DNA of 64,000 nucleotides from Alteromonas sp. (GCA_964220215.1 CAXPTH010000006.1:1-64000), one strand, 5' to 3'; positions 50,285 through 60,409 are shown, numbered from the stretch's first letter. Notes: generated by a model not told the origin, from the sequence alone. Translations and numbers: made by a program.

Positions 50285-51607
50285 ATGAGTATGACACGTC
50301 CACTGTATCGATGGCTTCAATTTCTCAGTATTTTAGCGATTCTCATTGGTTCAGTTGCGTTAATTGTTAAACAACCCCTAACCCTGGGGCTCGATTTACA
50401 GGGTGGCATGCGGCTCATTTTGGAGGCCCAAGAAACCGATACCCGTGTGCTCGACGATGACGCTATGAACGGTATTATTACCGTGTTGCAAGAACGAATT
50501 GATGGCTTGGGCGTTACCGAACCCGTGATTCGCCGAAAAGGTGCCCACCAAGTTGTAGTGGAACTGGCTGGTATTGATGACCCCGCCCGCGCCCGCGCCA
50601 TGATTGGCCAAACCGCATTGCTGCGGTTTGTAGCCGCCCAGTGGGCGCCTGCGGGCGCGGCGGACATGCCTCTGGACCAGATTGAGCTTCTGGCCGGAGA
50701 CGGGGCTCGGTTTGTGGTGTATGCGGATGGGGAGTATACTCGCGGGTTGTTTTTAAAAGAAACGGTGATGACGGGGGATCAGCTAAAGTGGGCGCAGCCA
50801 GCGACGGACCAATACGGTAAGATGGGGGTTGATATTGCGTTTACATCGGAGGGGGCGAAGGTGTTTCATGCGGTGACCCAACGGTTGACCGGACAGCCCT
50901 TGGCGATTTTGTTGGATGATCGTATTATTTCAGCCCCAACGATTCGAGAGCCCATTGCGGGTGGGAAGGCCGTTATATCGGGGGATTTTGATTTGGTTGA
51001 GATGCGGGATTTGGTGGTTCAGCTTAAAGCGGGGGCGTTGCCTGTTCCGGTTGACGTGGTGAGCGAAACGGTGATTGGCCCAACCTTGGGCATTCAGTCG
51101 TTGGCCAAGAGCAAACGAGCGGCTATAATTGGGTTTAGCTTATTAATTGTATTTATGGTAGTGGCGTATCGTCTATCGGGCGGGGTCGCTGTCTTGGCCT
51201 TAGGCGTCTATGGCCTTTTAGTTATGGCGTGTTTGAGTGCTTTAAATGCGACATTAACCTTGCCGGGTATTGCCGGATTTATTTTAACGATTGGGATGGC
51301 GGTGGATGCCAATGTCATTATTTTTGAACGCGTTAAAGAAGAGTTGACCTCGGGCCGACCCTTCCTGGCAGCGGTGAAAGCGGGGTTTTCTCAAGCGACG
51401 GTGACAATTTTAGATGCCAATATCACAACGCTATTGGCGGCTGGGGTATTGTTTTGGTTGGGCACGGGTGTGATTAAAGGCTTTGCCATTACATTAACAG
51501 TGGGTATTTTGGTTAGTATGGTTACTGCATTGGTCGTGACGCAGTTGCTGTTGGTTGGATTGGCGAATCGGTTTGGGAGCCATAGTGGCTGGTTTTTTGG
51601 AAAATAA
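50285..51607 (+). CDS. secD: Protein translocase subunit SecD
   Basis: LGLDLQGG, RIDGLGVTEP, LKAGALPVP, IGPTLG, TLPGIAG..LTIGMAVDANV. Confidence 0.97.
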   Translation: MSMTRPLYRWLQFLSILAILIGSVALIVKQPLTLGLDLQGGMRLILEAQETDTRVLDDDAMNGIITVLQERIDGLGVTEPVIRRKGAHQVVVELAGIDDPARARAMIGQTALLRFVAAQWAPAGAADMPLDQIELLAGDGARFVVYADGEYTRGLFLKETVMTGDQLKWAQPATDQYGKMGVDIAFTSEGAKVFHAVTQRLTGQPLAILLDDRIISAPTIREPIAGGKAVISGDFDLVEMRDLVVQLKAGALPVPVDVVSETVIGPTLGIQSLAKSKRAAIIGFSLLIVFMVVAYRLSGGVAVLALGVYGLLVMACLSALNATLTLPGIAGFILTIGMAVDANVIIFERVKEELTSGRPFLAAVKAGFSQATVTILDANITTLLAAGVLFWLGTGVIKGFAITLTVGILVSMVTALVVTQLLLVGLANRFGSHSGWFFGK

Positions 51608-51610
51608 TAG

Positions 51611-52486
51611 ATGATTGTTGAAAAACGAAATTTGTGGTTGAGTGTATCGTTTCTGGTGGTTATTGTGGGCATCGCTATGATGGTGGTTCGCTTGTTTGCC
51701 CAGCAGCCCGTATTAAATTTTGGGATTGATTTTACAGGAGGCAGTACGGTGTTAATTGCAGCATCGGATACGACCCAGCCGCTGAATGAAACGGATGTGC
51801 CAACCGTTCAATCGGTGCTGATGTCCGCTGGGTTTGACCATGCGTGGGTTCAACTCACCCACGATCATGAGATTATTATTAAAACTGAATTGATGAGTCA
51901 CGATGTGCGCACGGATATTTTAGATCAGATTCGTCAACACATCGGGGCGATTGATTTGTTGGAAGCCGATACCATTGGGCCCAGCATTGGCAACGAATTG
52001 CGTCGGCAATCGTTGTGGATGGCCTTGGGTGTGGGCATGATGTTGTTGGTGTATATTAGCATTCGATTTCAATGGACGTATGGAGTTGCGGCTCTGATTG
52101 CGTTGGCCCATGACGCCTTAATCACCTTGAGTGTGACGGCGATGCTAATGATTGAAGTGAATACCGCATTTGTGGCAGCGTTGTTAATGATTTTGGGTTA
52201 TTCGATTAACGATACCATTGTCGTGTTTGATCGGGTTCGGGAGTTGGCCAATCAAGATGAGGATACGCCCATTGCGGCGGTTGCCAACTTGGCTATTCGA
52301 CAAACGATACGTCGTTCAATATACACCTCGGTGACAACAGCCTTGGTTGTTGGGTCCTTGTTGATATTTGGTGGTGTGACACTGAAAGGGTTTTGCATTG
52401 TGCTGTTGATTGGTATTGTGTCGGGTACCTATTCCTCTATTTTTATTGCGAGCCCCATTTTAGTTGGGTTGCGGCCATTGCGCTGA
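51611..52486 (+). CDS. secF: Protein translocase subunit SecF
   Basis: GIDFTGG, IGPSIG, AHD, GYSINDTIVVFDRVRE, GTYSSIFIA. Confidence 0.97.
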   Translation: MIVEKRNLWLSVSFLVVIVGIAMMVVRLFAQQPVLNFGIDFTGGSTVLIAASDTTQPLNETDVPTVQSVLMSAGFDHAWVQLTHDHEIIIKTELMSHDVRTDILDQIRQHIGAIDLLEADTIGPSIGNELRRQSLWMALGVGMMLLVYISIRFQWTYGVAALIALAHDALITLSVTAMLMIEVNTAFVAALLMILGYSINDTIVVFDRVRELANQDEDTPIAAVANLAIRQTIRRSIYTSVTTALVVGSLLIFGGVTLKGFCIVLLIGIVSGTYSSIFIASPILVGLRPLR

Positions 52487-52487
52487 C

Positions 52488-54839
52488 GTGCGTGTTGTTG
52501 TAACAGAAAAGCCGAGCGTGGCTCGGGATATTGCACGCGTCTTGGGGGTGAAAACAGCCAAGACTGGCTATTATGAAGGCAATGAGTATCAAATTTCTTG
52601 GGCCTTGGGGCATTTGGTAGAGATGCTTCAGCCCGATGCCTATGGCACCCAATACAAAGCCTGGCGGATGGCTACACTGCCCATTATTCCAGAGGAATTT
52701 CAATATGGTTTAATACAAAATGATGGGGCTAAAACGCAATACCATGTTATTGAGCAGTTGTTGAAGCAGCCCAATATTGAATCCGTAATCTGTGCTACCG
52801 ATGCGGGACGCGAAGGGGAGCTAATTTTCCGGTTGATTTATGAAACAGCCGGTTGTCAGTATCCCATACAACGGTTATGGATTTCCTCACAAACAGAGGC
52901 GGCTATTCGGCAAGGATTTGCGCAATTAAAGTCGGGCGATGCCTATGCGGCCCTGTATGATTCAGCGTTGTCCCGGGCGCAGGCCGATTGGTTGGTGGGG
53001 ATTAATGCAACCCGAGCGTTTACGATTAAATATGCCAAGGGCCAGGGTGTTATGAGTGTGGGGCGAGTCCAAACCCCGGTACTCAAAATGATTGTGGATC
53101 GGTTTCGTGCCAATCAAGCATTTGAATCGCAATCGTTTTATGAGGTATTCATTACAGCCCAGGTTGAACAGGGGTCGTTTAAAGCTAAATGGGTGGATGC
53201 CAAGACGGATCGCTTGACCACATCGGCAGCCGCTGAAACCATTGCGGCAGCCGTGAAAGCCGATCCCCAGGGTCGTATTGCTAATTTAACTAAAAAAACC
53301 AAACAAGAGCAGGTTCCGCTATTGTATGATTTGACGGAATTGCAACGAGAGGCCAACCGAAAGTTTAAATTTTCAGCGGATCATACCTTACAGTTAGCAC
53401 AAGCGTTGTATGAACGCCATAAAGTGTTGAGTTATCCCAGAACATCGTCTCGCTATTTGAGTCAGGATGTTGCTAAAACTATTCCGTCGCTATTGGCCGG
53501 GATACCGGATGCGTATCAAGAATCGCTCACGTACATTCGGGAGCATAGCCGATCCTTGGCCGATCGATTAATTGATGATAGCAAGATTTCGGACCACCAC
53601 GCGATTATTCCCACTGAAAAACCGGCGGTATTGGCTCAACTATCTTCCGAAGAAGCCAGTGTTTATGATTTGGTTATTCGGCGATTTTTAGCGGCGTTTT
53701 ATCCAGTGTGTGTCAAACATCAAACGGATGTTACGGTCTTGGTTGCGGCGCATTCCTTTAAAGCCACTGGCATGGTTGTTCATGATTTGGGCTGGCGGGC
53801 GCTGTACCCGGAGTTGGATTCGATGGATAAAGCCATTGTGTTGCCTCGGATTGAGAACAATGAATCGGTTCTGGCTAAAACACCCACGGTTAAAGTAGGC
53901 AAGACCAAAGCCCCGCCGCTGCATACCGAGTCTAGCATTTTGGGTTTAATGGAAACAGCCGGCAATGATAGCGATGATGAGTCCGTGCGGGAGGCTTTAA
54001 AACAATGCGGGTTGGGCACACCGGCCACACGCGCCCAAATATTGGAAAAACTCATTTATGTTCAGTATATTCAGCGCCAAAAAAACAAGTTAATTCCAAC
54101 GGATAAGGGCGAGTATATAATTGATCGATTGGGGGATCATGTTTTAACATCGCCAGAGTTGACGGGACAATGGGAAAAACGGTTAAATGATATGGCAGCT
54201 AGTCAGTATTTAAGGAAAGATTATATGGAAGAAATTGAAGCATTTACTCAATATATTATTGATAGCGTGGTGGCTATTCCTGCCGATGAACAGAAACCGG
54301 AAGGCGAAGTATTCGGGCCGTGTCCCGTGACTGACTGTGGGGGGCATATTGTTGAAACGCCCAAAGCCTATAGTTGTTCAAAATGGAAAGAAACAGGGTG
54401 TTCAGCGGTGATTTGGAAAGTTATGTCTGAAAAAGAAATTAAAAAAACACAGGTTAAGCAGTTGTTAAAAGACGGCAAGACCGGTGTGATTAAAGGCTTT
54501 AAATCCAAAACAGGGTATACATTTGATGCATCATTGACCTTGGTTGATGGCCGGGTTCAGTTGGTGTATGGAGAGCCCCTAGGCCCATGCCCCGTCTGCG
54601 ATAAAGGCCAAGTGGTTGAAACACCTAAAGCGTATGGCTGCTCAACGTGGAAAGATACGGGGTGTCCCATGGCCATTTGGAAACAAGTCGCAAAGCGGTC
54701 GATTACGTCGGACGAGGCCAAAGCGTTAGTCACATCTGGGAAAACCAATGTCTTAGACGGGTTTACGAGTCGCGCCGGCAAATCGTTTTCCGCAGCCTTG
54801 GTATTAAACGGTGGTAAAGTCGAATTTAAGTTTGACTAG
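52488..54839 (+). CDS. topB: DNA topoisomerase III with duplicated C-terminal zinc-ribbon/Crpt modules
   Basis: TEKPSVA, ATDAGREGE, SVGRVQTP, SYPRT, DHHAIIPT, GLGTPATRA; GTG start at 52488. Confidence 0.95.
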   Translation: MRVVVTEKPSVARDIARVLGVKTAKTGYYEGNEYQISWALGHLVEMLQPDAYGTQYKAWRMATLPIIPEEFQYGLIQNDGAKTQYHVIEQLLKQPNIESVICATDAGREGELIFRLIYETAGCQYPIQRLWISSQTEAAIRQGFAQLKSGDAYAALYDSALSRAQADWLVGINATRAFTIKYAKGQGVMSVGRVQTPVLKMIVDRFRANQAFESQSFYEVFITAQVEQGSFKAKWVDAKTDRLTTSAAAETIAAAVKADPQGRIANLTKKTKQEQVPLLYDLTELQREANRKFKFSADHTLQLAQALYERHKVLSYPRTSSRYLSQDVAKTIPSLLAGIPDAYQESLTYIREHSRSLADRLIDDSKISDHHAIIPTEKPAVLAQLSSEEASVYDLVIRRFLAAFYPVCVKHQTDVTVLVAAHSFKATGMVVHDLGWRALYPELDSMDKAIVLPRIENNESVLAKTPTVKVGKTKAPPLHTESSILGLMETAGNDSDDESVREALKQCGLGTPATRAQILEKLIYVQYIQRQKNKLIPTDKGEYIIDRLGDHVLTSPELTGQWEKRLNDMAASQYLRKDYMEEIEAFTQYIIDSVVAIPADEQKPEGEVFGPCPVTDCGGHIVETPKAYSCSKWKETGCSAVIWKVMSEKEIKKTQVKQLLKDGKTGVIKGFKSKTGYTFDASLTLVDGRVQLVYGEPLGPCPVCDKGQVVETPKAYGCSTWKDTGCPMAIWKQVAKRSITSDEAKALVTSGKTNVLDGFTSRAGKSFSAALVLNGGKVEFKFD

Positions 54840-54894
54840 GTTTAATACGGCTAAGCAGTGTACATGAGTATTTAACTTGTGTACACTTAAGGGT

Positions 54895-55440
54895 ATGAAA
54901 TTTGGCTTAATTGGACGCAATGGATCCGGAAAAAGCGTTGTATGTGAATGGTTTGGGTCCCAAGGGTTTCATGTGACATCGTTATCGGATGAAATTCGCC
55001 GAGAAGCAGAGCGCCAACAGCGACCCCTGGATCGGGATACATTAACCGAAATTAGCAATCAATTAAAAGCGGCCGATGGCATGGGCGTTTTAGCCCAGCG
55101 GGCCATTGAATTTACCCAACAGTATCATCAAGTTGTGTTTGATAGTATTCGGCATCCCGATGAAGTGCGTATACTCAAAGCGCATGGAGTTGTGTTTATT
55201 GGGGTTGATGCTGCACTAGCGATTCGGTACCAGCGTGTGTTGGATCGAAAACGCGATACAGATTTTGTGGATTTTGAGACCTTTAAGCGACAAGATGAGG
55301 CGGAGTTTTCGGGCCTTCGTCCGGCTCAAAATATTAAAGCCTGCTGGGCGTATTGCGACATTGTTATAGACAATAACCAGTCCGATAAAGCCGCCTTGTT
55401 TGCGGCTGTTGAACAGGCAGTGACCGCATGGATCGATTAA
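54895..55440 (+). CDS. P-loop kinase (dephospho-CoA/nucleoside monophosphate kinase-like)
   Basis: GLIGRNGSGKS, SLSDEIR, DSIRHPDE, IDNN. Confidence 0.75.
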   Translation: MKFGLIGRNGSGKSVVCEWFGSQGFHVTSLSDEIRREAERQQRPLDRDTLTEISNQLKAADGMGVLAQRAIEFTQQYHQVVFDSIRHPDEVRILKAHGVVFIGVDAALAIRYQRVLDRKRDTDFVDFETFKRQDEAEFSGLRPAQNIKACWAYCDIVIDNNQSDKAALFAAVEQAVTAWID

Positions 55441-56681
55441 TTATTCATGGGGGGAATCGATTAACGGGCCATATTTCAGTATCTGGGGCTAAAAATGCGG
55501 TCTTGCCGATTTTGGCTGCATGCATTTTATTGGATGAACCCGTGACCTTGCACAATGTGCCGGTGTTGATGGATGTTCGGGTTATGATTCGCATGTTAAA
55601 TGCGCTTGGCTTGCGCGCCGAATACTGCGATACCAATTCGGTCACGGTATTCCCCGCCCGATGTTTAAAGACGATGGCTCCCTACGATTTAGTGACCGCT
55701 ATGCGGGCCTCATTTTTTGTGGCGGGTCCTATTTTAGTTCGTAAAGGCTTTGCCAAAGTGTCGTTGCCGGGCGGCTGTGCCATTGGGGCGCGTGTGGTGG
55801 ATATTCACTTAATGGGGTTTGAAAAGATGGGGGCAACCGTATCGGTTGAGCACGGATTTGTTGTATTAAAAGCGGAACAGTTGGTGGGCTGCCCCATTGA
55901 TTTGCCATTCCCGTCGGTGGGGGCGACTGAAAACTTAATGATGGCGGCCACATTGGCGAATGGCACAACGGTGATTAACAATGCGGCTCGGGAGCCGGAA
56001 GTGTGCGATTTGGGTAATTTTTTAAATACCATGGGAGCCAATATTACAGGTTTGGGAACACCGTCCATTACCATTGTGGGCCAACCGCGATTGCTGGGCA
56101 ATAAAGAATACAGTATCATGCCGGATCGCATTGAAGCGGCAACGTTGCTATTGGCTGGGATTATTACCGGTGGGGATTTGACCGTTAAGCACATGAATCC
56201 TCAGGATTTAACCGCTTTTTTGGCATGTTTGAAAAAGATGGCGGTGATTGTGGATGTGGGCAATCACTCGGTTCGGGTTCAGTCTTCGGGCCAATTTTCT
56301 GCGTGTCAGTTTGAAACACAGCCGTATCCAGGATTTCCCACAGACATTCAGGCACAGTTAATGGCGGTGTTAACCGTAGCCAATGGGGTGAGCATTGTCC
56401 GAGAAACAATTTTTGAAAAACGTTTTATGCATGTCAATGAGTTGCAACGCATGGGCGCTGTGATCGGGGTGCGTTCGGGTGAAGCGGTGATTGAGGGCGT
56501 TCCGCATTTAAGTGGGGCGGATGTTCGAATGACGGATTTACGGGCGGGCGCTGCGTTGGTGATTGCAGGGTTGGCGGCAACGGGAACAACGGTTGTTCAT
56601 GGCTTGCAGCATTTATCTCGTGGTTATGAGAATTTAATTGGCAAATTGTGTGACTTGGGTGCCAAAATCGAACCCATTTAA
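55428..56681 (+). CDS. murA: UDP-N-acetylglucosamine 1-carboxyvinyltransferase
   Basis: GAKNAVLP, MRAS, LPGGCAIGAR, SVGATEN, PDRIEA, PGFPTD, DLRAGA. Confidence 0.98.
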   Translation: MDRLIIHGGNRLTGHISVSGAKNAVLPILAACILLDEPVTLHNVPVLMDVRVMIRMLNALGLRAEYCDTNSVTVFPARCLKTMAPYDLVTAMRASFFVAGPILVRKGFAKVSLPGGCAIGARVVDIHLMGFEKMGATVSVEHGFVVLKAEQLVGCPIDLPFPSVGATENLMMAATLANGTTVINNAAREPEVCDLGNFLNTMGANITGLGTPSITIVGQPRLLGNKEYSIMPDRIEAATLLLAGIITGGDLTVKHMNPQDLTAFLACLKKMAVIVDVGNHSVRVQSSGQFSACQFETQPYPGFPTDIQAQLMAVLTVANGVSIVRETIFEKRFMHVNELQRMGAVIGVRSGEAVIEGVPHLSGADVRMTDLRAGAALVIAGLAATGTTVVHGLQHLSRGYENLIGKLCDLGAKIEPI

Positions 56682-57609
56682 CCACCCGCAGTGGGTGCGT
56701 CCTGGGTGTCGGGTTTTCTTGGTGGGGTATTATGGCTATGGTAATTTTGGGGATGCGTGGTTGCGGCGTATTGCGTTGCGTTGGCTGAAGCAGCAGGGGA
56801 TTGATTCGGTGGCTTGTTTGTGGCCAAAATCTCGATATGATAACGGGGTTCAGTATGTCAATCGCTGGTCAATGTGGGCTGTGATTCGGGCTGTTTGGGC
56901 CTCAGATGGGATTGTTTATGCTGGGGGCAGTGTATTTCAAGACCGAACGTCTCGACGGAGTGTTTGGTATTATGCGGCAATTTTATGCTTAGCCAAATGC
57001 CTGAACCGACCCGTATGGCTCTGGGGCCAAGGGCTCGGGCCGCTCACATCCAGTTCGCGTTGGCTATTAACTCGGGTGGCGCCCCGGCAGTTAATGGTTG
57101 ATTGTCGGGACGCTGAGTCGTATCAGTTGGCGTGTCGTTTGTGGCCCCATGCCCAGTGCGCACACGGTGATGACTTATCCAGTTTGGATGGTTGTCCGAT
57201 GCCGATACCGTCGGTTGCATCGAGTCCGCCGGTATTTGGATTGTCGGTTCGCAGGGGGTATCCAGCGGCAGTATTCAGCTGGTGTCAGGCTCAGGGTTCG
57301 GTTCAGATGATTCAAACCCAAGAGTCTCATGAATCGGATTTAGTGTGTGATCTCAATGCGTATCTTGGGCGCACGCATTCCGATACAATTTTGGATTGGT
57401 CGGCGGTGAGCAAGGCATTGGCCGGGGTACAAGGAGTTGTTTCGATGCGGTATCACGTCTTGGTTGTGGCGCATCGGTTGGGAATCCGGTGTATGGGCGT
57501 ATCGTCGGATCCTAAAATTCAGTCCTTTTGCATGGCGCATGGGTATCCATGGGTATCGGATATCGATGTGAGTTGTGCTAAATTGGAGGCTGCATGGCGA
57601 ACACAGTAA
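56638..57609 (+). CDS. csaB: Polysaccharide pyruvyl transferase (CsaB-like)
   Basis: GYYGYGNFGD, GGSVFQDRTS..S.WYY, GQGLGPL, RDAES, SMRYH, DPKI; start uncertain (perhaps GTG ~56695). Confidence 0.85.
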   Translation: MANCVTWVPKSNPFNHPQWVRPGCRVFLVGYYGYGNFGDAWLRRIALRWLKQQGIDSVACLWPKSRYDNGVQYVNRWSMWAVIRAVWASDGIVYAGGSVFQDRTSRRSVWYYAAILCLAKCLNRPVWLWGQGLGPLTSSSRWLLTRVAPRQLMVDCRDAESYQLACRLWPHAQCAHGDDLSSLDGCPMPIPSVASSPPVFGLSVRRGYPAAVFSWCQAQGSVQMIQTQESHESDLVCDLNAYLGRTHSDTILDWSAVSKALAGVQGVVSMRYHVLVVAHRLGIRCMGVSSDPKIQSFCMAHGYPWVSDIDVSCAKLEAAWRTQ

Positions 57610-58295
57610 CGATGATGGGGTATTCGGTCTGGCAGCAGAGTTGCCGAGTGTTGATTCAGCAGATTCACGATCGTTTGGCGGTAAGGGAGCCATTTGTGCA
57701 TATTACCACGCTGAATCCTGAAATTATGGCTCGATCAGAACCCAATATAGCCCATTGGCTGAAACAATCCTGGGTGTGTGTGGCCGATGGCATTGGGGTT
57801 TGCGTACTGGCTCGACGGTTTGGCATTCGGGTGCCTCGGCTGACAGGCATTGATCTGGCTATGCAGATCATTCAAAGCGGGGTTCCGGTTTATTGTTTGG
57901 GGTCGACGGCAGCGCGAATACAGGCGACGGTTGATCGGTGCCGGGATTTATACCCGTTTGCAACCATTGTAGGGTATTCCAGTGGGTATACGTTGGACGA
58001 TGATTGGAATTCAATGGTGTCTGTGCTCAAGCAGCAGCCGACGGTTGTTTTGGTTGGAATGGGGTTTCCGTTACAAGAGCAGGTGATTCAGCGGTTGGCC
58101 GATGTGCTTCCGTTTGGCATGGCGATGGGTGTGGGTGGGATGTTTGATGTGGTATCGGGGGCGTGTCGCCGAGCGCCTCGGTGGGTTCAGATTGTTGGAT
58201 TGGAATGGGTGTACCGAGCGATTCGAGAGCCTGTTCGGTTAAAACGCTGGCGGTATCTGGTTTCTTTTTTAAAGTTTTTTATTTGTAAGTTTTAA
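57594..58295 (+). CDS. WecB/TagA/CpsF family glycosyltransferase
   Basis: TLNPE, ADGIGV, RLTGIDL, VGMGFPLQE, GVGGMFD, RAP, GLEW.YR..EP.R. Confidence 0.92.
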   Translation: MANTVTMMGYSVWQQSCRVLIQQIHDRLAVREPFVHITTLNPEIMARSEPNIAHWLKQSWVCVADGIGVCVLARRFGIRVPRLTGIDLAMQIIQSGVPVYCLGSTAARIQATVDRCRDLYPFATIVGYSSGYTLDDDWNSMVSVLKQQPTVVLVGMGFPLQEQVIQRLADVLPFGMAMGVGGMFDVVSGACRRAPRWVQIVGLEWVYRAIREPVRLKRWRYLVSFLKFFICKF

Positions 58296-58423
58296 AACAA
58301 TGAGGGGATAAGTGGGGGTCTATTTACATAGGTGTGACTAAATGGTAACATTTTTTTAACAAATATTTATTTTTATTCAATTTTTGTTCATAAAATAATC
58401 AATAAGGGGAGATTTGAATCATA

Positions 58424-60085
58424 ATGATAGGCGGTAAAGTACAAACAGGTTCTCCAACAGGTTTTTCAACAGGTTTTTCAAAAGATTCTCCAGCAGATTC
58501 TCAAAAAAAAGATCCAGTGCCAGGTGCGAATAACAAGAGCTTTAGTGGTGTTTATAAATTAAATGGAGAATCTATTAATATACAAGTTACGGGTGATATT
58601 AACGTGCGTTATTTAAAAACACAAATTCAAGTTAAATGTGGGATTCCAGTTGCACAACAACGGTTATTAATTGACAACAGAATTTTGGGTGATTCTGAAA
58701 ATATTCCATTAAATAATACTCCCATTACATTATATGTTAGATCTCCTGAAGCTGCGGAAGCGATTGAATCTGTGAGGCAGAATGGGCTTGCGTTGCAGGA
58801 TTTGAGTGCGGAATTGAAGGGTGATCGTGAGGTGGTGATGGAAGCGGTGAAGCAAGATGGGCGTGCGTTGGAGTATGCGAGTGAGGAATTGTGTTGTGAT
58901 CGTGAGGTGGTGATGGAAGCGGTGAAGCGGGATGGGTGTGCGTTGGCGGATGCGAGTGCGAAATTGAAGGGTGATCGTGAGGTGGTGATGGAAGCGGTGA
59001 AGCAGGATGGGTGTGCGTTGGCGTATGCAAGTGCGGAATTGCGTGGTGATCGTGAGGTGGTGATGGAAGCGGTGCGTCAGAATGGGTGTGCGTTGGCGTA
59101 TGCGAGTGAGGAATTGAAGGGTGATAAAGATGTGGTGATGGCAGCGGTGAACCAAGAAGTGATTGTGTTGGATGAGTATCCGTTTGCGTACGCGAGTGAG
59201 GAATTGAAGGGTGATAAAGATGTGGTGATGGCAGCGGTGAAGCAGGATGGTCGTGCGTTGGCGTATGCGAGTCAGGAATTGAAGCGTGATAAAGAGGTGG
59301 TGATGGCAGCGGTGCGGCAAGATGGTTTTGCGTTGCAGTATGCGAGTGAGGAATTGCGTGGTGATCAAGAGGTGGTGATGGAAGTAGTGAAGCAGAATTG
59401 GCGCGCGCTATGGTATGCGAGTGCGGAATTGCGCGGTGATCGTTATTTTATGCTGAAAGCGGTGAAGCAGGATGGGCGTGCGTTGGTGTATGCGAGTGAA
59501 AAATTGTGTCGTGATCGTAGTTTTATTCTCGAGGCAGTGAAGCAGAATAGGATGATGCTGTATTATCGTGCGGAATTGAGTCATGATCGTAATTTTATGC
59601 TGGAAGCGGTGCGGCAAGATGGGGAAGCATTGGAGTATGCGAGTAAGGAATTGAAGGGTGATCGCGCGGTGGTGATAGCTGCTTTATGTCAGAATATTAA
59701 TGCTAATCTATGGTTTGATCGGGGTAAATTAGTTAATTTGCAAGGAATTATAAATTTTGTTCGCACTAGTAATTGCAATTTAAATAATGCGAGTGATGAA
59801 TTGAAGGCTGATCGTGATTTTATACTGGAAATGGTTAGGCAGGATGGGCGTGCGTTGGAGTATGCGAGTGAGGCATTGCGTGGTGATCGTGAGGTGGTGC
59901 TGGAAGCGGTGAAGCAGTATGGGCGTGCGTTGGAGTATGCGAGTGAGGAATTGCGCAGTGATTGTTATTTTATGCTGGAAGCGGTGAAGCAGGAATTGCA
60001 AGAAGTTTTTGCAAAACTTTTTTCTTCTTATAGAATATTTTATACTAGTCCTGAATGGAATTCAAAGGGCTTCCGACCATTGTAA
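58424..60085 (+). CDS. Ubiquitin-like domain + DUF4116-type repeat protein
   Basis: Disordered S/T/P-rich N-terminus; KLNGESINIQV...IQVKCGIPVAQQRLL; about 15 repeats of EAVKQDG.AL.YAS.EL..DREVV. Confidence 0.85.
   Translation: MIGGKVQTGSPTGFSTGFSKDSPADSQKKDPVPGANNKSFSGVYKLNGESINIQVTGDINVRYLKTQIQVKCGIPVAQQRLLIDNRILGDSENIPLNNTPITLYVRSPEAAEAIESVRQNGLALQDLSAELKGDREVVMEAVKQDGRALEYASEELCCDREVVMEAVKRDGCALADASAKLKGDREVVMEAVKQDGCALAYASAELRGDREVVMEAVRQNGCALAYASEELKGDKDVVMAAVNQEVIVLDEYPFAYASEELKGDKDVVMAAVKQDGRALAYASQELKRDKEVVMAAVRQDGFALQYASEELRGDQEVVMEVVKQNWRALWYASAELRGDRYFMLKAVKQDGRALVYASEKLCRDRSFILEAVKQNRMMLYYRAELSHDRNFMLEAVRQDGEALEYASKELKGDRAVVIAALCQNINANLWFDRGKLVNLQGIINFVRTSNCNLNNASDELKADRDFILEMVRQDGRALEYASEALRGDREVVLEAVKQYGRALEYASEELRSDCYFMLEAVKQELQEVFAKLFSSYRIFYTSPEWNSKGFRPL
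58763..59995 (+). repeat. Coding tandem repeat, 75-bp/25-aa unit, about 15 copies
   Basis: Recurring GGTGATCGTGAGGTGGTGATGGAAGCGGTGAAGCAGGATGGG..GCGTTG...TATGCGAGTGAGGAATTG; very G/T-rich coding strand. Confidence 0.92.
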
Positions 60086-60409
60086 TCGGATTGCAATTGA
60101 ACAACAATCATAGATTCGGCTTTTTTAAGCAATTCTTTTGACCTTGAAATAAATCAATTAGAAGGCCAATAGAACTCGTTGATTTGTCTTTTTGATCTAT
60201 GCTACAGTTAATTTATTAGAGAAATTAATTCTAGCTTCAGATTCAGGCCTTCTATAAAAGCGCTAGGGGTTAGTTGGTTTAGGACTAAGCGTCCTGAATT
60301 TAGCAATATTAATCCGGTAAGTACCCAACCAATATCCCCTCCAGTAGCGTCACAGACGGGGCTAGTAGGTTGGCTGTTCCATGGCCAGGGGTCTAAACGG
60401 GTTTCCCCA

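Noticed and set aside
54316..54830. Duplicated CP..C/C..W..GC modules in TopB
   Set aside because: Known C-terminal repeat architecture of topoisomerase III
58730..60001. Minus-strand ORFs with HRFHHHL/PSPP repeats
   Set aside because: Antisense shadows of the G/T-rich 75-bp coding repeat
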